Source: Nitrospirota bacterium
GTDB lineage: Bacteria; Nitrospirota; UBA9217
Direction of reading: 5' to 3'
Assembly: GCA_035623825.1 (NCBI GenBank)
Contig: DASPSR010000008.1
Span: 30,480 to 94,479, forward strand
Length of the DNA: 64,000 nucleotides
Shown: positions 62,030 to 64,000 of the stretch, in pieces
Position numbering within the stretch: the first letter of the stretch is position 1
How the letters are laid out: the number at the start of each line of letters is the position of its first letter
Notes under the pieces: model-generated
The model's database searches: none
What the model was told of the DNA's origin: nothing
The model's input: only the letters and a program-made list of their open reading frames with translations
Translations under genes and position numbers: made by a program

Positions 62030-62767
62030 TCACCGCCGAGTCATGTCGTAAGTGAATTTGATCTTTACGGCGGTGGTCTTTCCGCCCTGTACCGTCACAT
62101 TCGGGATCGTTATGGTTCCCAGCGCCTCATGCCACGCTTCGACCGTGTAGACTCCGGGTACGATGTCCCCGATCGAGAACACACCTTGTTCATCGGTAAG
62201 AGCAGCATAAGGATGGTCCATCACAACGACGAAAGCCTCCATCCAGGGATGGCAATCGCAATTCAGTTCAATCACGCCGGTTCTCGTGAAGGTCTTGGTC
62301 AGGGAAGAGCCTCTCTCGGGCAGTGCGGTGTTGAACATCGTCTTTCCTTTTACCCGGGCATAAACATGTATCGTATGCAGGACGGGATCTTCGTTCTTGA
62401 CGATAAGATTGTTTCCCTTAAACCCTACGCTCACATGGGGTGAAAAAGTGCATTTTGAATCGGTTATCATTACCGGTTCTCCGGGGATCGCTTTCCCGCC
62501 CTTGACATCTTTCAGATAGACAACCGCGTTCTTTATCTTTTTCTCCTTGCTGATAATATATTTTTCAGTCCGTAGCTGTTTCCCGCAGTACAGCACGTCT
62601 GAACTGATCGTGAATGTCTTGTCCATGGGGACTACATCTCCGGCAAACTCGACCGTTCCTTCTATGTTTCCCCCGTTCTTGAAACCGACGGTTTCATACG
62701 CAAAGGAGGGAAATGCATAAGAGAACAACAATGCCAACGCGCTTGCAATAATGTGCGCTTTCTTCAT
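62030..62767 (-). CDS. Secreted cupredoxin-like protein, paralog of 50781-51500
   Basis: SFAYETV..KNGG.IEG.VEF, CTFSPHV, HTIH and CDCHPWM motifs. Confidence 0.75.
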   Translation of the reverse strand: MKKAHIIASALALLFSYAFPSFAYETVGFKNGGNIEGTVEFAGDVVPMDKTFTISSDVLYCGKQLRTEKYIISKEKKIKNAVVYLKDVKGGKAIPGEPVMITDSKCTFSPHVSVGFKGNNLIVKNEDPVLHTIHVYARVKGKTMFNTALPERGSSLTKTFTRTGVIELNCDCHPWMEAFVVVMDHPYAALTDEQGVFSIGDIVPGVYTVEAWHEALGTITIPNVTVQGGKTTAVKIKFTYDMTRR

Positions 62768-63177
62768 AATTTGCCTCCTTATGATATGCGTTTTCCCTTC
62801 TTTATACATAAGAAGTATAGCACACTTATTAGTAAATCCCCGATTTTAGAAATGCTCAAGCTCTAGTTTTGGACGGTAACAGATCATGAGCGACGGGGAA
62901 AATGCTCAGGTTCGAGCCATAGACTCCTTAGGAACGGTTTTAAACTCGATGCCTGCCTCGATGCAGCTTCACCGGAGGGCAGTACCTCGCGGTCGGAAAA
63001 AAAAGAAAGTAATTTGCATAATCAATACCAGATCTGTCCTTTTTTATCCTTGACTCTCTGGGAGGATGTGCTATAGTTTTCTTAAAAGAGGACATATGCT
63101 GTCCCGTATAAAGCGGGAAGCGAGGTCCTGAGAGGATGTTTTTGTATTATGAATCATAAAGAAAGGGGGCAACGACC

Positions 63178-63495
63178 ATGGCGACCGCAAAGGTGATAGA
63201 CGAAAAGGGGTACCTCCTGGAGGTATACCGGGATCTTCATGATATGATAGGGAGAATCGACACACTCCGCAAGGACCTTTTTGCGATTTACGGAGGGGAA
63301 GGCAAGGTGTTCAAAGCTCATGACAGGCAACTGCTAGAATTGGCGGACTATATCGGGTGGAAGCTCATGATCCTGGAGAAGGGCACGGGCTTTGACTGGA
63401 AAGAGGCCGGTGAAAGAGACGTTGAAAGCATTGTTTCCGTACGTCCGCCCGAATTTGCGGGTCTGGACTTCTCCGGCGGGTATATGGGCGGATAG
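63178..63495 (+). CDS. Small helical hypothetical protein
   Basis: AAAGGGGG RBS; upstream TTGACT..TATAGT; followed by a terminator. Confidence 0.7.
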   Translation: MATAKVIDEKGYLLEVYRDLHDMIGRIDTLRKDLFAIYGGEGKVFKAHDRQLLELADYIGWKLMILEKGTGFDWKEAGERDVESIVSVRPPEFAGLDFSGGYMGG

Positions 63496-63526
63496 GGTTA
63501 GGCGGATTTTTTCGTTCCATGGTTTG

Positions 63527-63558
63527 AAGCCGGCGGGATTTTTTCCCGCCGGTTTTTT
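63527..63558 (+). terminator. Intrinsic terminator
   Basis: CCGGCGGGA/TCCCGCCGG stem plus T-tract. Confidence 0.8.
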
Positions 63559-63858
63559 GTTTGCCATCTCGTTAAAGCAGGTTTCTTGATAGAGGCCCTG
63601 TGAAAAGAGGTTTTTTCAAGACTGTCGTTGCAAGAGACAAAAAACAGCGCCTCATCAAACAGCGTGGCGGCGAAGAGGCAAAGAATAGCAAAAAATTTCA
63701 TTGTTTGAACCATGGAATTTCATATCCTTGTGCCAAGTCGGAAGGTAGGATGCTTCAAGATTGAACTGGCAGGGCCAATAGCAAGAAGATGCGCTGCGGG
63801 TGCAGGAGGACCATCTGCAACCAGGGTATTTTCTTTGGAATGTACTGTCGGTGTATCG

Positions 63859-63894
63859 AAAAAAAAGGAGGATCGGCAGGTACCGATCCTCCTT
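63859..63894 (-). terminator. Strong intrinsic terminator after the OmcS-like gene
   Basis: Perfect 12-bp stem AAGGAGGATCGG/CCGATCCTCCTT; U-tract on the minus strand. Confidence 0.85.
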
Positions 63895-63916
63895 AGCACT
63901 ACCGCTTCAGCATGCG

Positions 63917-64000
63917 TTAGTCTTTCGCATGGCACTTGTTGCAGAGCTGGCGCTGATAAGCCGAGAACTTCGTGACGTTATAGTCATAGTAGGCTTTTGC
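63917..64000 (-). CDS. C-terminus of an OmcS/OmcT-like multiheme cytochrome (partial)
   Basis: Manual translation AKAYYDYNVTKFSAYQRQLCNKCHAKD-stop; matches the recalled OmcS C-terminus (AYY...TKF..Y.R.LCNKCHAKD). Confidence 0.8.
   Translation of the reverse strand, partial: AKAYYDYNVTKFSAYQRQLCNKCHAKD

Noticed and set aside
63715-63736. Minus-strand TGGCAC as a sigma54 promoter
   Set aside because: The -12 position reads TG rather than GC, and no gene follows.
1-64000. CRISPR arrays, IS elements, integrases, tRNA/rRNA
   Set aside because: No regularly spaced repeats, transposase/integrase motifs or tRNA/rRNA signatures seen by eye; a tRNAscan/Infernal run would be needed to exclude them fully.

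Overview
A 64-kb GC-rich window from an anaerobic diderm bacterium. The gene repertoire resembles Nitrospirota (Thermodesulfovibrionia-like) or Desulfobacterota; this taxonomy is an inference. No rRNA, tRNA, CRISPR array or transposase was seen. From left to right it holds: a sigma54-driven TSUP/TIGR02186/USP operon; tatA; a tandem pair of GspE-N + DUF202 membrane proteins with 3+2 = 5 Arg-heptad repeats, a candidate pseudo-pentameric VTC-like anion channel; a histidine kinase, a receiver and a PEP-synthase-like protein; a heme-c/two-CW sensor kinase; a DUF294/exonuclease-DUF485-actP-acs acetate locus; a short promoter-terminator-bounded RNA followed by a UGA-interrupted DsbA-like selenoprotein, a diheme peroxidase and fdhE; trxC, rtcA, TRL-like lipoproteins and osmC; a porin plus two multiheme lipoproteins (Ext-like conduit); selenoprotein selD and yedF; a PAS kinase-NtrC-sigma54-receiver-RpoS-like cascade; a Nitrospira/anammox-type CydA-like/cytochrome c/EbdC-like respiratory module flanked by two cupredoxin-like paralogs; an AT-rich GT39 gene; and, at the right edge, the 3' end of an OmcS-like cytochrome gene missed by the ORF track. 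Product calls come from motif recognition by eye, not from database searches.
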